Source: Psammoneis japonica
Taxonomy: Eukaryota
Direction: 5' to 3'
Assembly (NCBI GenBank): GCA_008632985.1
Contig: QPGO01000041.1
Coordinates: forward strand, 372,001-436,000
DNA: 64,000 nt
Shown: positions 23,618 through 36,426 of the stretch, in pieces
How positions within the stretch are numbered: position 1 is the first letter of the stretch
Layout of the letters: every line of letters begins with the position of its first letter
Program-made: the position numbers and the translations under genes
The notes under the pieces: generated by a model
The model's input: only the letters and a program-made list of their open reading frames with translations
Database searches by the model: none
Told to the model about the DNA's origin: nothing

Positions 23618-26600
23618 ATGCCGCTTCTTTCTTGTTTAATTCTCGCCGCAATACTGTCAGCAGATGCACGGGAGCAAAGAGCGCTAAAGGAAGTAACAAT
23701 TTCTAGAGGGAAAGAGTAGAAAATACCTCATCAGAGTGCAGGGTCAAATCTTGTCCTCTTAATCTTGGTGAAATTGATGTCGTTAATTTGGAACTAGAAC
23801 CAGGGATCTCTCGTAGGTTTATCCGAGACGTGAAAGAAACAACAGATTACATGTTTCATGGAGAAAGTGAAGAGGGCATTGAAACAATAAATCTCTTGAC
23901 ACGAGAATTGGAGACAGAGGGCGACGCACCCAACGCTACACTCTTCTTTGGCTCTGCCTCAGACAACGAGAGGCTCTATCAAATTACCCCTGACGAATTT
24001 GGGAACACAAAAATAACAGAAACATTGTGGACCGACTATGCAGATGAGTCAGAGCCTCTTTATACACCAAATTACAGACGCCTTCGGAGAGAGGAGTCGA
24101 GGAGGCCTGACATACATCGGAAAATCTCGTCAGTTGTGCGGTCGTCGCAACGATTTGAAAGCATTGAGAATGGCAGCCGGCGAAAACTAGTTGTGGACGA
24201 CAATGGTGGAATTATTGACGTCATGGTTGTATGGACCCGGGAAGCTGGTAAGTGATCATTATCCAAGAGGTTGAATTCCTGTAGCGTATATCAATTGCGT
24301 GCTCACCTTGATGCTCTGATATTTGCTAAAAATTAGAATGCGCAAGGGTTGGTAAACCAGCAAACTGCCAAGTCACAAAAGCCACGACCGATGGAATGAT
24401 AGGTCTCATTGAATTGGCTGTAGAGGAGACAAATATTGCTTTCAAGGGATCCAATGTTGACACACAACTTCGCCTTGTTCACGCATACCGTGACGAAGAC
24501 TACCGTGAGTCACCAGTTGCTAGTTCGCACAGAACGGCGCTCGAGGATATTACATACGTTGACGATCAAAACTTCGAGGACGTCCACGATAAGCGTGATG
24601 AGTATGGAGCAGATATTGTGGCTCTTATTGTTGCTGGTCGACCAGAAATTTTTCGTGTGGGCGGGCATGGGTCGGCCCGTACGTTTCAAGGGTAAGTCGC
24701 CTTCAAGGTTATTGGCGGGAGCGTCAAAGCACTCGTCTGGGTGTTTGATAGAATGCAGTATCGTCTAAACCACGATTGGAGACACGACTGAATCCACGAC
24801 TGGGTAAGTGTTTTGTGAGCTCGATCGATGCAATTCTCCTCGAAACTAACTTCCTCGTTGCTCCCCCCTCGGCTAAGAATACATAATACATGCCATGCGA
24901 AAAAATACCATCAGCATCATTTCGCAACCTCTGCTCAATTTCTAACCCTAAAATCTTGCTCTTTGTAAAGATGTTTTCCGTCTCAAGATGGGATTGCAGC
25001 ACAGGTTATTTCAGTTTTGGGCACGAGATTGCGCACTGCATGGTATGAAGCTACATTGACAGCATGTTTTGAGTCACAAAGGATTGCACAATATCTAAAT
25101 TGTTGGTATTTTTTACTACTGTTTCTCAGGGAGCTCTACACGATCGAGGCTCTATGAGTGGAATAAGTCCGAGTGTCTGCTCCGACGATGGGTACAATTT
25201 TGCGTATCAGGACCCGAAGGCCAGGTTTCGCACTATTCTTGCTTATGATTGCACAGTACCCAATGTGGTAATAAGTCTGGCGGTACACGTCAGTGTCCCC
25301 GCATTCAACGCTTTTCAAGTCGGAACACGCTTGTGAGTTCAGCGTAAGGCAACTTCCAAGTTCCCATATTCCTGTGACTTACCCTCTTGTCATTGTTGCT
25401 GTGTTTCGTCTGCTTATGAAATAAAACAGTACAAGTATGCAGGATCGATCCCTGTACCCCTTGGAGATGCCAAGCATGATAATGTCCGTCAAATGAACAG
25501 TGTGCTAGGAGAAGTTGCTCGGTATAGGCAAGCTGTTATAGATTTGCCAGAAATGTCGCAAATTGGAAAGAGGCAGACACTCCTCTCGACCGTAAAGGGA
25601 GGGGCAACGGGAGCTGGTAAGAATGATTTCAAAGCCGTCGTTGTTGATATTGGATGTTCTCATCACTCAAATTGTGCATTTGTCAAACTCCAGGTAACAT
25701 GTTCAAAATCAATGTCACCAAGACCATTGAAATAGTCAGTCTTGCAATACATACGCATTCCTTCCTTGCCAATCTGCGAGTGCTAGTTTACACTCGGATT
25801 GGGGGTTACGAACACGCAACAAGAGATCCATCGAAGTGGAGCAAGATCCAAGATACACGAGTGACAGCACTCGGTCGTGGATCACTTACCCCTCTCCCAC
25901 CGTTTAATGTTCCAGTGAGGGTGATGAAAGACACCACACAGTCCTTTTACGTCACTGTGGTTAGAGTGGACATGCTGGAATATACACCAGGTACGGTTGA
26001 GGACGCCTTTTTGCATCGGATGGCGTTGTCAACCTTTTTGAAGGAAGCGGTCTCGATCTCACCTTTTATGGATCAAAGGCACCAAACATATGGAACGGCA
26101 AAATCAACTATTATCTACTCAAAGACGGCAGTAAACCAGAACCTCCTCCTCCGTCTCCATCTAGAACTCCCCGCATTGCAGCTCCTGCCCCTACACTTTC
26201 CAAAAGTCGTATTCCAGATGGGGCAAAGAATGCCTTTCAAGAGTTGGTCCTACCGACGGACGGAACAAAGGGCCAAAACGGAATCATGTTTCAAGTAAAT
26301 GCAACCAAAACAATTGAGATTCTTGGCTTTAACATTCATACCCGAGAGGCTGCTTCCGACGTCCGCGTCATGATTTATACAAGGCGAAACAATTACGTGA
26401 TGCAAAAAGATCGCTGGAAAAAGATTCAAGACGTTCGAATCAAACGTCGGGTCGCAAAAAAGCGACAAAGGTCCCCTTGTTGAAATTTCCGTGCGAATTG
26501 CTGCCAAGCGAACCCAATCCTTTTACATTACGCTGGAAGCACAACACAAGATGCGATTTTCGGTTGGAACCAGGAAAGGGGCAATCTGCGCCAAAAATAG

Positions 26601-26718
26601 AGTTTTGAATTTGATCGCGGGCAAGGCAGTTCGATATCCATTTCAGGGAGGCCCCTCCACGACGGCTTGCTTGGACGGAAGTATCAAGTACAAAGTCATG
26701 GGTGGCAGAAAAGCCTGA
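23618..26718 (+). CDS. Secreted reprolysin-like (M12B/peptidyl-Asp type) zinc metalloprotease with two C-terminal beta-rich repeats
   Basis: Signal-like start. IDVMVVWT, LAVEETN..F..S, RDEYGADIVAL, FSVSRWDCSTGYFSFGHEIAH (HExxH at 25022-25036) then GALHDR, FRTILAY. Several GT-AG introns (e.g. 24248-24336, 25043-25129) and frameshifts. Confidence 0.8.
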
Positions 26719-26927
26719 TGAGTGGTACCCATAAATCAGTGGCCGTAGGAAAAGTATCGGTCATGATGCCTGTCTAGCTGCATGTGGTAAACGCTAGCCT
26801 TGTCGACAACTAATGTCGTGTCAAGCACAATTTAAAAAAGCTAGAAGAAAACATGCAGTGTGACGTTAAAAGTTATGATTTCATAGAATGATTTTCCAAC
26901 AGACAAAAAAGCAGGCTTGTTCTTTTT

Positions 26928-28223
26928 TTACAAATCCATCAAGAGCGGCATGTACAAGGCATCGTTACGGGCAAAGTCTTGCCTATCAATGTCTTTACAC
27001 AGGGACGCCACTTGAGAGACTTTGCATTCTTCCGTCGTGACTACAAAATCCGCCGCCATGCGATCGACAATTGGGTTTTGTAAAATGGAATGAATCGAAA
27101 CTCCATGCTTTTCCGCCAGTTCACCCATTTTTCGAATAATCCCCAAGGAATCCATGTAGGGGATACGAATGTAAAAGGGCGAACAAAAGTCGTGATCCAA
27201 GTCTATAGACGACTCGAGCGGGAAGGGATTGGTCACGGCTTGGTTTTGCGTCATGCGCAACACATCCGCCACGACGGAATTGGCCGTCGGGAAGCGTCCC
27301 GCACCGGGACCGGTATAACTGCACGTGCCCATGTTGGCCGACTTGATGGCCACCGCATTGCCACTGCCCTTGGCAGAAGCCAAGAGATGCGTCAGCGGGA
27401 CCATTTTGGGTGACACATAGACCGAGAGCGATCCATCGTGTTCGCCATACTTGGACATGCGAGCGGCCGTGCCGACGAGTTTAATGGTGCATCCCAACAA
27501 TTTGGCATACTCAAAGTCTACTGTCGATATGGAGGTAATGCCTCGGCAGGGTATTTGCTCCACATTTTCAATCGACGTGCCAAAGGCCAGTTTGGCCAAG
27601 ATGCAAATCTTGGCACGAACATCGTGTCCCTCGACATCGGCGGTTGGATCGGCTTCGGCATAGCCCAACTCTTGCGCTTCAGCCAGCACTTCTTCATAAT
27701 CAGCACCGCTTTCCATTTTGCCCAGCATGTAATTGGTAGTACCATTACAGATGCCCTCGACTTGATGAATCACATCACCCGTATAGCATGTCTGAAGGGT
27801 TTGAATGATAGGAATTCCCCCACACACGGCTGCTTCATAGGCAAATTTACCCTTACTCTGCTTGACTGCGTTTTGAATTTCCGTTAAATGCTCTGCAATC
27901 AACGCCTTGTTGGCCGTCACAACCGATTTGTTTTGTTTCAATGCTTCCAACACAACCGTCTTGGCCAACGTCGTTCCACCCATGACTTCCACGACGACAT
28001 CAATGGAATCATCCTTGAGAATGGAATTCACGTCGGTGACAAATTTCGATTGGGCATAGTCCAAGTGAAAACTCCGAGGTTTGCTCAAGTCACGGACACA
28101 AACCTTGGTCACGACACACGACGCGCTCTTGCGGCCCATGAGAATTTCATACACCCCACCACCCACCGTGCCGCCGCCGACGAGACCGATACGAAGAGGA
28201 CGACCGAGTGCTGAAGAAGACAT
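26928..28223 (-). CDS. hom: Homoserine dehydrogenase with C-terminal ACT domain
   Basis: GLVGGGTVGGG, VVTANKALIA, YEAAVCGGIPII, GICNGTTNYML, AQELGYAEADPTADVEGHD, GPGAGRFPTANSV. Confidence 0.95.
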   Translation of the reverse strand: MSSSALGRPLRIGLVGGGTVGGGVYEILMGRKSASCVVTKVCVRDLSKPRSFHLDYAQSKFVTDVNSILKDDSIDVVVEVMGGTTLAKTVVLEALKQNKSVVTANKALIAEHLTEIQNAVKQSKGKFAYEAAVCGGIPIIQTLQTCYTGDVIHQVEGICNGTTNYMLGKMESGADYEEVLAEAQELGYAEADPTADVEGHDVRAKICILAKLAFGTSIENVEQIPCRGITSISTVDFEYAKLLGCTIKLVGTAARMSKYGEHDGSLSVYVSPKMVPLTHLLASAKGSGNAVAIKSANMGTCSYTGPGAGRFPTANSVVADVLRMTQNQAVTNPFPLESSIDLDHDFCSPFYIRIPYMDSLGIIRKMGELAEKHGVSIHSILQNPIVDRMAADFVVTTEECKVSQVASLCKDIDRQDFARNDALYMPLLMDL

Positions 28224-28529
28224 GATGAGAACGTGATGAGAGTGATTGATGTGGTGTCAACAGGATTCGGCAGAAGTGTGAGGGTAGTATGATATAGGTA
28301 GGTAGTGAGGGTTCTGTCGTGATTGCCACCATGTACGCGATTTTGTACGGGAATTCTACGTAGCGGGTTACACGCGGATCTTGCGTGGGAGAAAGACAGA
28401 CGGTAATCAATTGCACGCTCGCCCTGCTGTATGAACCTCGCATCGATCGCGCGCGAACTAATCTCTGGCGGGGGTTTGTTTCGAGAGAACAACCCATTTT
28501 GGACGGCTCAGTCAATGTGATGTTCATTT

Positions 28530-31500
28530 ATTGGCATGCAAAATCTTCCCTTTGTGGAGCCTGCCCTTTGCTCCAAATGCAAGTTGAACACAAGATTTGC
28601 AGTCTTTTTCAGTGCGCTTGCCAGAGTTGTTTTGTCGTTCGTGTGCGCAATGAATGTGCGAGTGCGCATGTGCCACGCGAATGACAACAGACGATTTGTG
28701 CACCTCTGGTGTTTGCCTTGTGTGCGCAGCAGGGGGCTTTCAAAAGGCCGCATTTTCAGAGCAAGATGCCAGCCAGCAAGATGCCAGAAAGTGACCCCCC
28801 CACAAAAGAAAGGGAGTCTCCATGACCAGCGCTGCTGCAGCTTTGTGTGCAGCCTGACATCAAAGATGAGGCGGCTGCGGGAAAAGAAAAAATGAGCGGG
28901 AAAACTCTGGAGCCAATTTGCACTGGCCAAAGTGCTGGTGGTGGGCTGCTCTGCAGCTCTTTGCAATTTGGGAATCTGCAAGCCAGTGCCTGCCAGGCAG
29001 CCCAAAAGATTTTTTTGGAGTGCGCCCCCCCCAGCATCTGCCCGAGGGCAGGAGGCAGCATGGGAGAAAGACATTGGAGAAGAAAAAAAAGCCAAAATCC
29101 TTTGTTGTTGCTGGGTGTTGGACTCACAAGTCCCAAATCTCCAGGCTTGCTTTGAGTCTCTGCCAGTCTGGTGATTGTGGAGTTGCAGCACTCTGTGGAA
29201 TGAAGCGCACAGATTGACAGAATGTTTCAGCACAAATTCCGTGCCACCTCGCCCACCCCCGCCGCCGCCATGCACCGTTTGCTTGCCCCGTCAGTTCGGT
29301 GCTCGTCAACAAGTTGTCTTCCCCTCAAAACATGAGATCAAAGAAAATGGCATCCATGCCAGCTCCACGCTCCGCCACGCTGATGACCCACGCCCTTTCC
29401 CCACGCTGCATGATGTTGTTGTGTGGAGCGAGACGGGTGGTGAAAGGTTCTCAAAGAAAAAGTAAAGTCCTCTTCTGCGTTTTGAATTGGAAGTCAGCCA
29501 CCCCAGCTGCACCATCATGGGAGATGCTCCAAATGATGGTGGCATCCGGGCCATTGCCGATTTCCATGATTTCTTTGTGAAACAGAGCAACGATGGAATT
29601 GTCCTAAATCTGGATCTGTCTCACAATTGGATTTAGGAATCCAAAAAGGTGCTAGAGGAGACATCATCCTCCAGATGATGAGTCATGAGCGCAAAGAATG
29701 GAAAAGGCGAAAGCTGCAGATCTGTTTACATTGCAGTCGCAAATCCGTTGTCATGCCAGAGGAGCTGACGTTGGAGGAATTTTTGACTCTCCGTGTTGCC
29801 GCTCCATGTCTCCTGGAAGACTCAAATGCGTTTCATTCCGCAGTTCGTTTTCTGATTCTCGTGCAAATCGGACACTGTTGTCCACAAGAATTGAAGTGTG
29901 GAATGAATTTGAGCAGCCGTTGAGAATTTTCGTGTCCATGGAGAGATAAAAATACCTGGCTTTCAATGTCAGAATCTGCGCAAGTCAACTGATGTTGGAA
30001 ATTGTTGGATGGAGAGTGATGAAGAGAAGCATTTGGTTGATAAAGTGTTTGAACCGCTGATGGAGGCTGGTCTCGTCGGCAATGTCATCCGAGGTTCCAT
30101 GTTTTGCCAGGGTGAACCCAACTCTTCAGCAACGGGATCTGGCAACAAAACGAAAATGGTGGGAGAGATCAAGGCAACGCATGGCTTGCCCCTGCCAATG
30201 ACAGCGCAGGAATTGGCTGCGCAATGCAATGAAGCGAGAGCACTCATTGATGAATTTTGTAAAGAAAGGTCAGATGACCAGCGACGCCCCATGGGCTGGT
30301 CGCATGTGGGACACCCCATCTCACAGATTCTTGGATGCATGGTCCTCAACAATTGTCACCATGGTGTGCTGACTGGTGGAACAAGAACGCATTTTATTTT
30401 GCTGTCTGGGGATGCCGAGTCTGGCAAAGAGAAAGTCCGCATCAGTGACGCGTGGTTCATTGGGCAAGAAGGGCACCTCCATGTGTGGGCCTTCTTCTAC
30501 TCCATTGTGCGCGATGGCGTGCAACCAGACCTCGACAAGAGTGGGCTTGCTCAGGAGTGGCTTGAAGGGATGCAGGACAAACTGAAGAAGAGACCTCCTC
30601 CTCCGACCAATCAAGGGGCATCTAAACGAAAATTTCTTTTGCCGTTTGGTCGTTGGGTTTGGGGGGGAAGTCGAGACAGTTCAAAATCTTGGTCCTCGGC
30701 TACAAAGATCATCCCTGCGGTGACTCTCAGTGATTTTGAAGTGACTGGACCAATTGGATGTGGTCGTCGTGGGACCGCATTTAGTGGGAAGTGGAGTGGG
30801 GAAGTAATTGCACTTAAACTCTTTGACACTCACAAGAACAATGGCAGGGACGCTTGTGAGCGCGAGGTTAAGGCCCATGAGCATTTGAAAAAGGCATGGG
30901 GTCGACTTGTTCCGACACCAAAATTCATTGCCGAAGCTTTTGGTGTGATCTATTTTGGAATGCAAATGGCTGAGGAACCCCCACAACGGGCTCGTCTTGA
31001 AGATTGGGATGAAGTTTTGTGGGAGCTAGAGGAGACGCATGGTTTTCGTCATTTGGATGTGGGCGGTGATGAACGCGGGCCGAATTTTCGAAATCACATG
31101 ATGCTGCCTTACAAGTCCAAAATGGAGGAACATGAATTGCTGTGATTGGCACGATCTAAGCCATGTTTAAATTAGCAACAATGTCTTGAGCAGACCACAA
31201 ATCTAGCTGCTAGAGGGCAACTTCGAAGCGTGCGCAACGACATGATGATGTTGTGTGTTCGTGGTCACCACACAACGATTGCTTGACAACAAAATGTGGA
31301 GTCTCTTGTCTTGTGCAAACAATGAAGGGGTCCATGGGCAACCAACAAATGACAGTCTGACGTCCAAAAAGAGGATGCGACCTGTGCATTCCAAACTGTG
31401 AGTGAGGCAGACTCAAACTGCAGCAATCGTCTGTCTTTGTGCACATGGAGTGAAAGGAGAGTGCATTTTCTTTGTCTCCGATTTGACTCCATTGCCTTTG

Positions 31501-32731
31501 TTCTACAAGGAAAAAAGCCTCTGAACTTGCTCCCTTTTGATCCTCAGTTGACGGCAATTAGATTTTTGTTTTGTTTTGCCCTGGCACAAAAGTCCACTTT
31601 GCCAAAACACCAGAGAGCTCTGGCAGTTGTGACGGACCACTTGCAGCAATCATGGTGCTGCATGCACAAGGAAGCTCTGATGAGATTCTCAAAACAGGAT
31701 TTGTTGCCACACTGCCACAAAATGAGAATTTTTCTTCCCAAGCCAGCACACTGTCAAGGTGGGTCAGCAGTGCGCCGGCCCACAAACTCAGAAGGTGGGT
31801 GATGTGCAGTGTGCCAAGTTGCTTTTGTGTGTTCTGAGTGACTGCAATGAAAAGAACCCACTGCCCCCAGCTGGTGCTCTGAAGCAATGGAAGAAACATG
31901 TGGCAAGGACAAAAATGGAAAATGACACACTGCTCCTCTCCTCATTCCAACTGAACAAACAAGTCATCCAACCTGTCACAAAAGCATGTGCAGCAGCCAC
32001 CAAAAAAGCTGGTGGCCACATGCCCAACTGTCGTTTGGCACCAAAAAAGTTGAGCCTCGTTTTCCCGAGGCTGGTCACTCAAGAACAAGTGTGGCAGTGT
32101 GCTGCTGTGTGCAAGAATGCCAGCCAGCCAACTCCCCCTCTGTCCAACAAGTCCCAAGGCTTTGTGCACCTCAACTGCAGCAGGAACAGCACAAAACATT
32201 GATGATCTCATTGCCCTGAAAGTCAACAGCAGCGTGGCTGGGGGCAGCCACTCTCTGACAAAACACCAGCAGCCCGCATCTTTTTTGTTGCCTTGTGGTG
32301 CAAAACCTCTGACAACTGCAATTGGCCTTTTAATGGAAACATGATCCAGACAATGTCACAACGTCCAATCAAGTTTTCCCATGCCGTCCGCAGCACAAAT
32401 GGCTCTGCTCAGTTAAAAATGATGTGCTCTCCTCCTTGGTCGTGGGCGGAGGATGCTGGACCGATCAACAGGAATCTTTCGAAAATGACCCGTGACATAA
32501 AAAGCACAAAACAATTGTGGGGACGCCTGTAGAATCTGCACGTTTTTGCACTGAAACTGACATGTTCACACAATTTGTGCAAACAGACTTGCTTGACTGT
32601 CATCGGGTCAGGCGTTTTTGCAAATGTGCAGAGTATTGAAGAAAAATGCGCCTGATCAGGAAACGGTCAAGTCCATTTTTCGCAAAGGCTAAAATTCACT
32701 AAGGACAGACAGACAGACTTTTAATAATTAG
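28530..32731. other. TpA-depleted block (CpG partly retained)
   Basis: Very few TA in 28550-29450 and 31213-32400. Contains the kinase pseudogene. Confidence 0.8.
29300..31160 (+). pseudogene. Protein kinase-like gene preceded by a possible PD-(D/E)xK nuclease-like region (Crinkler-type layout)
   Basis: IGCGRRGTAF, VIALKLFD, EREVKA, GFRHLDV kinase motifs. Upstream VGEIK. Stops and frameshifts 5' of 30009. Confidence 0.6.
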
Positions 32732-33054
32732 CTTGGTGCTGTTCTAGAGTAGAGAGTAGTACACATTTCTACGTAAATGACTCTATGTAGGTACAGCGCG
32801 ATCGAAAGATTGCCATTGTGCCCTGAGCCGTGTACGGTATGTTCGGGGGCGGCGGCGGGCGGGCATCGACGAACCTATTCTACTAGGAACCCTAGGCCTA
32901 CCATGAGCGGGCACGGCGGCCGCGCGCGCTCGCGGTGTGTGGCCAATTTGAAATCTGAAATGCACCGATCCAATCACCGCACACGCAATGCATTTCATTT
33001 TCATTGCACCGACCGAAGAGCCGTCGTCGGCAACAGCAGTGCACTCACTACCAC

Positions 33055-33835
33055 CATGATGTCATACTCGGCTCGCAAGCGCACCGCATCGACTTCGCAC
33101 CCTCGAGCCACCATGCCGAAAAAGGCAAGGAGCTCCGGTCCTCAATCATGGTGGATCGGCAGGCATCAAAAGCCTTTGCTCATTGACTGTCCCACTTGGA
33201 GAAGGACCAAGCCAAGGGCAGAGGAGCCCGCTGGAACCCTGTCTTGAAAAAGTGGTGCATTTCTGCCGACGTGTCCATCAAAGGTTTCGAAAAATGGCTG
33301 CCGAGAAACTCAAGTCTGCCCTTTGAGCTGCATGTCAAGGGCTGCATCGAAGGAGACACTCTCTCCTTGAAGTCAAATGTTGAAAAGTGGCATTGTTGGG
33401 GCTGTGGAAAGAAAGAGCATCACTCATGCAAAGATGGCAGGTCTCGTAAGAGTGATTGTTCAGAGTGCGATCGCCAAACCATCAGCATCTCCGAGCCTCC
33501 AACACTTGGGATGAACACGTCTTTGAGGTTGATGACAACCAGGGAAAGACTTTTTGGATGCCGAATTTTGCAGCGACGATTGTCTCGAGAAAGTCTTTCC
33601 CGTTCTCTTGCGAGGTTTCGAATGGTGGAAGTCCAACAAGAAACGCGACGCTGCTCTGGTTGTCCATTCCTGGTACGACGAGACAAAGAGTGTGTGGGCC
33701 AACAAGGTGTGGGAATGTCATGATTATGAACTTGCACTTGAAGCAATGGGATGGGAAGAAATCGGCTGGGCAGCGGGCCATTGGGCTCTAGGAGGTGCTC
33801 CACTTAAAAAAGACTCGGAGCAGATTAATGGTTGA
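33055..33835 (+). pseudogene. DUF5710-domain gene, frameshifted and TpA-poor
   Basis: EKDQAKGRGARWNPVLKKWCI fits DUF5710 (EKD.AK..GArWd...K.WY, with Y>C). CxxC motifs follow. Confidence 0.6.
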
Positions 33836-34223
33836 CCCCCCCTGGTGTTGCTTGTGTGTCTCAAGTGTCAAGAGATACTCAAGGAGTCTCTTTCATGTAA
33901 ATTTGTACTGTCACCTTTTTTTTAAGTTTTAGCATGTACGTTTAATTTTAAGGTACGTTTAATTTTAAGCAAACTCGCCTCCGATCACTTGCCAGCTCAG
34001 TACGTTTCAGACATTGCTGCAATATGGTGCTGCTCAAAGCTTTCTTGCAGAAACAAAATGGACAAAAAGACAGCCTATAAACCTACTTTACGCAACTAGG
34101 GCCCGACGTTCACTCCCTACGATTACGTGGCTACTCGGTCGTGCGCACAATCCGTACACCGACTCAACATCTTGACTCAACTCTCTCGCGCCACACCTCT
34201 AAGCAAAGACAAGGGCGCTTGTT

Positions 34224-34710
34224 CTAGTTATACTTGACTTGATCTCCAAACATGGTCATAAAATTCAAAGGTATAACAGATTCCCAGTCGACCTGAGCAT
34301 TCTGAAAGACATTGTTGGAGTCGACAATCTCGTGGACCAGCAAGCGGTCAGCCTCCTCGTCACGTTTCGCAATGATCGACTTCAATGTTTCCTCCAAAAC
34401 GTGCAACCTGCGAAGGGCTCTACTACACATTGCCACAGCCATTTGCGGGAAGCTTTACGCCAGAGGCTCCAATCCGGAGCTCTGCAATGATGTTCTCCAA
34501 ATCCTCGTTCATCCTATCACGAAAGGAGCTGCCCGTGAAAGGCTCACACTCGATTCGGGCATACGCATCTTCGAACCGGCAGAAATGGTTCCCTTTCAAG
34601 TCTTGCTTTGTCAAGCAGAGTTCAGCTACAGTGTTGTGATTTCAACTTGCTCTCACAAAAGTACACCCTTGCTTAACTCTAGCGAGAGGTGAAGCTCGAT
34701 CCGTCGACAT
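34224..34710 (-). CDS. Small hypothetical protein (frameshifted)
   Basis: Overlapping ORFs 34423-34614 and 34224-34442 with normal composition. Confidence 0.3.
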
Positions 34711-35076
34711 GCAAGCCAAAGCACTGAAGCGAGCCACAAATCATCTAGAGAGGGTAACTTCGAAGCGTGCGCGACGACCTGATGTCATGTCTTGGTGGTC
34801 ACCACACAATGATTACTACTGTAGATCGCAAAATGCCTTGAGTCTCTTGTCAATGAAGGGATCCATGCTGGGCAACCTATTATCAATGATCTAACATCCT
34901 ATTACCGGTACAACAGGATCGCGACGCGGGCATTCCAACTCGTGAATGAATCCGACTCAAGCCAGTCACGGGTTGGCATTTCGTGCGCGTAATCATGCGC
35001 GCGTGCCGATTTTGATCGTTGCACTGACCCTCGATCATTTTTGAATTTCACGCCGTTATCACAATATTGATATACG

Positions 35077-36426
35077 ATGACGACTCCCAAAGCAGCATCA
35101 ATGTTACACCTCCTCACTATGAAAGACGAACGTCAAGATGGTGATAACCCCGAAGAGCAAGAGAAGGCGGCTGGCGAGATTTACAAGCATTTGCGTGATG
35201 GAATCATCGAAGACCATCAGACTCTTGTCGACGTCGGATTACTAGAAGCAACCGTCGACGCGATGCATCAGGTAAATCAAAACGACCTCTTTGCTTTCAA
35301 GCTATTTGGGATCCTCGCTGAGTGCATGAGAAGAGAGGAGAGTTCTTCCAGTACAGATCGTATTCTTCAAAACGGCGGTGTCGAAGGCGTCCTTTTGGTC
35401 GCGGATTCTTTTCCATCCCACGAGTTTCTGCAGCAAACTGCACTAGGGCTTCTCTTTCTCTTCGTCAGTAAAAGCTCCAGAGGGATAGGCACCAACATTG
35501 CTGTGACAGTGATTGAGAGTACGGTCAAGCCCATGGAACGTCATACAGACTCCTCAGCAGTTTTCATTGCTGGATGCAATGCCATTCGCTACGCATTGAT
35601 TGCGCTTGATTTCCTTCTAGATGATGACAGGCTCCGTAAGCAATGCATCGATTGCATCTGTTACGGAATTCCAAAGCATTGGGACAATTCCGATTCTACG
35701 GAAGCTGGTTCGTTGGTGCTTCAATGCTTGGTAGGTTTGGCGGACGCCATGGCAATCATGTCCAAGCTTCAGCGTCCACGATTATTGTTTCAACTCGAAG
35801 TCCTTCGCAATTCTAGGGACTCTGCCAAGGCCGAAAAGGCGGCCTATGAACTTGTCACTGCTGCTTCTGCTGGAGTGCCGAGGGTTCTTGTTGACGGTGG
35901 TTTGTTCGAAGCAACCATTGCCGCCATGAATCGGCCTGGAAAGTCTCTAATCTTGTATTACCGTCTCTCCTACGTGCTTTATACTTGCGGTGATCAAGGA
36001 GAACGATACATGGAGCGAATCCTCCAGATGGGCGGCCTTGAGGCTGCTATTGGTCTGATGCGTTCCCGTCCGAATGACGAACGTGTTCACTTGTGCACGT
36101 TGATGCTGTTCGCTCCATGGGCAAGCCAAAAACAAGGTGAAGTAGCGACCTGCATTGTCGACAATACGGTCAAGGCAATGGAAGCCCACAAGGACTCGGC
36201 GATGCTCTACAAGCTGGGCTGTGTGGTGTTTCAAAGTTCTTGGCCTTCGCTTTCCACAATGGCCGCTGACAATGCCTCACTCTTTGAAAGAGTTGTAGAG
36301 TGCATTGAGGATGGAATGATCAATCATCTTAACGATGCGAGTGCACTGCAGCATGGGCGAGAGCTTCTTTTTAGATTGGTTGGTGAAGAGAACGTTCCTG
36401 AAGTGATTGATTTGACAGAATACTAG
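35077..36426 (+). CDS. Armadillo-like helical repeat protein (two ~220-aa units)
   Basis: 449-aa ORF. Repeated LVD.GL.EAT..AM ... IL..GG.E ... T.K.ME.H.DS units. Confidence 0.75.
   Translation: MTTPKAASMLHLLTMKDERQDGDNPEEQEKAAGEIYKHLRDGIIEDHQTLVDVGLLEATVDAMHQVNQNDLFAFKLFGILAECMRREESSSSTDRILQNGGVEGVLLVADSFPSHEFLQQTALGLLFLFVSKSSRGIGTNIAVTVIESTVKPMERHTDSSAVFIAGCNAIRYALIALDFLLDDDRLRKQCIDCICYGIPKHWDNSDSTEAGSLVLQCLVGLADAMAIMSKLQRPRLLFQLEVLRNSRDSAKAEKAAYELVTAASAGVPRVLVDGGLFEATIAAMNRPGKSLILYYRLSYVLYTCGDQGERYMERILQMGGLEAAIGLMRSRPNDERVHLCTLMLFAPWASQKQGEVATCIVDNTVKAMEAHKDSAMLYKLGCVVFQSSWPSLSTMAADNASLFERVVECIEDGMINHLNDASALQHGRELLFRLVGEENVPEVIDLTEY

Larger units (their letters stand above)
31211..34963 (+). 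repeat. Dispersed homologous non-coding pair (31211-31417 and 34746-34963)
   Basis: Shared aacttcgaagcgtgcgc, gtggtcaccacacaa, gagtctcttgtc, aatgaaggg, gcattccaa, gactcaa in the same order. Confidence 0.85.

Noticed and set aside
33936..33969. 17-bp tandem duplication gtacgtttaattttaag (similar 21-bp one near 14957-14996)
   Set aside because: Simple local slippage duplications with no further structure.
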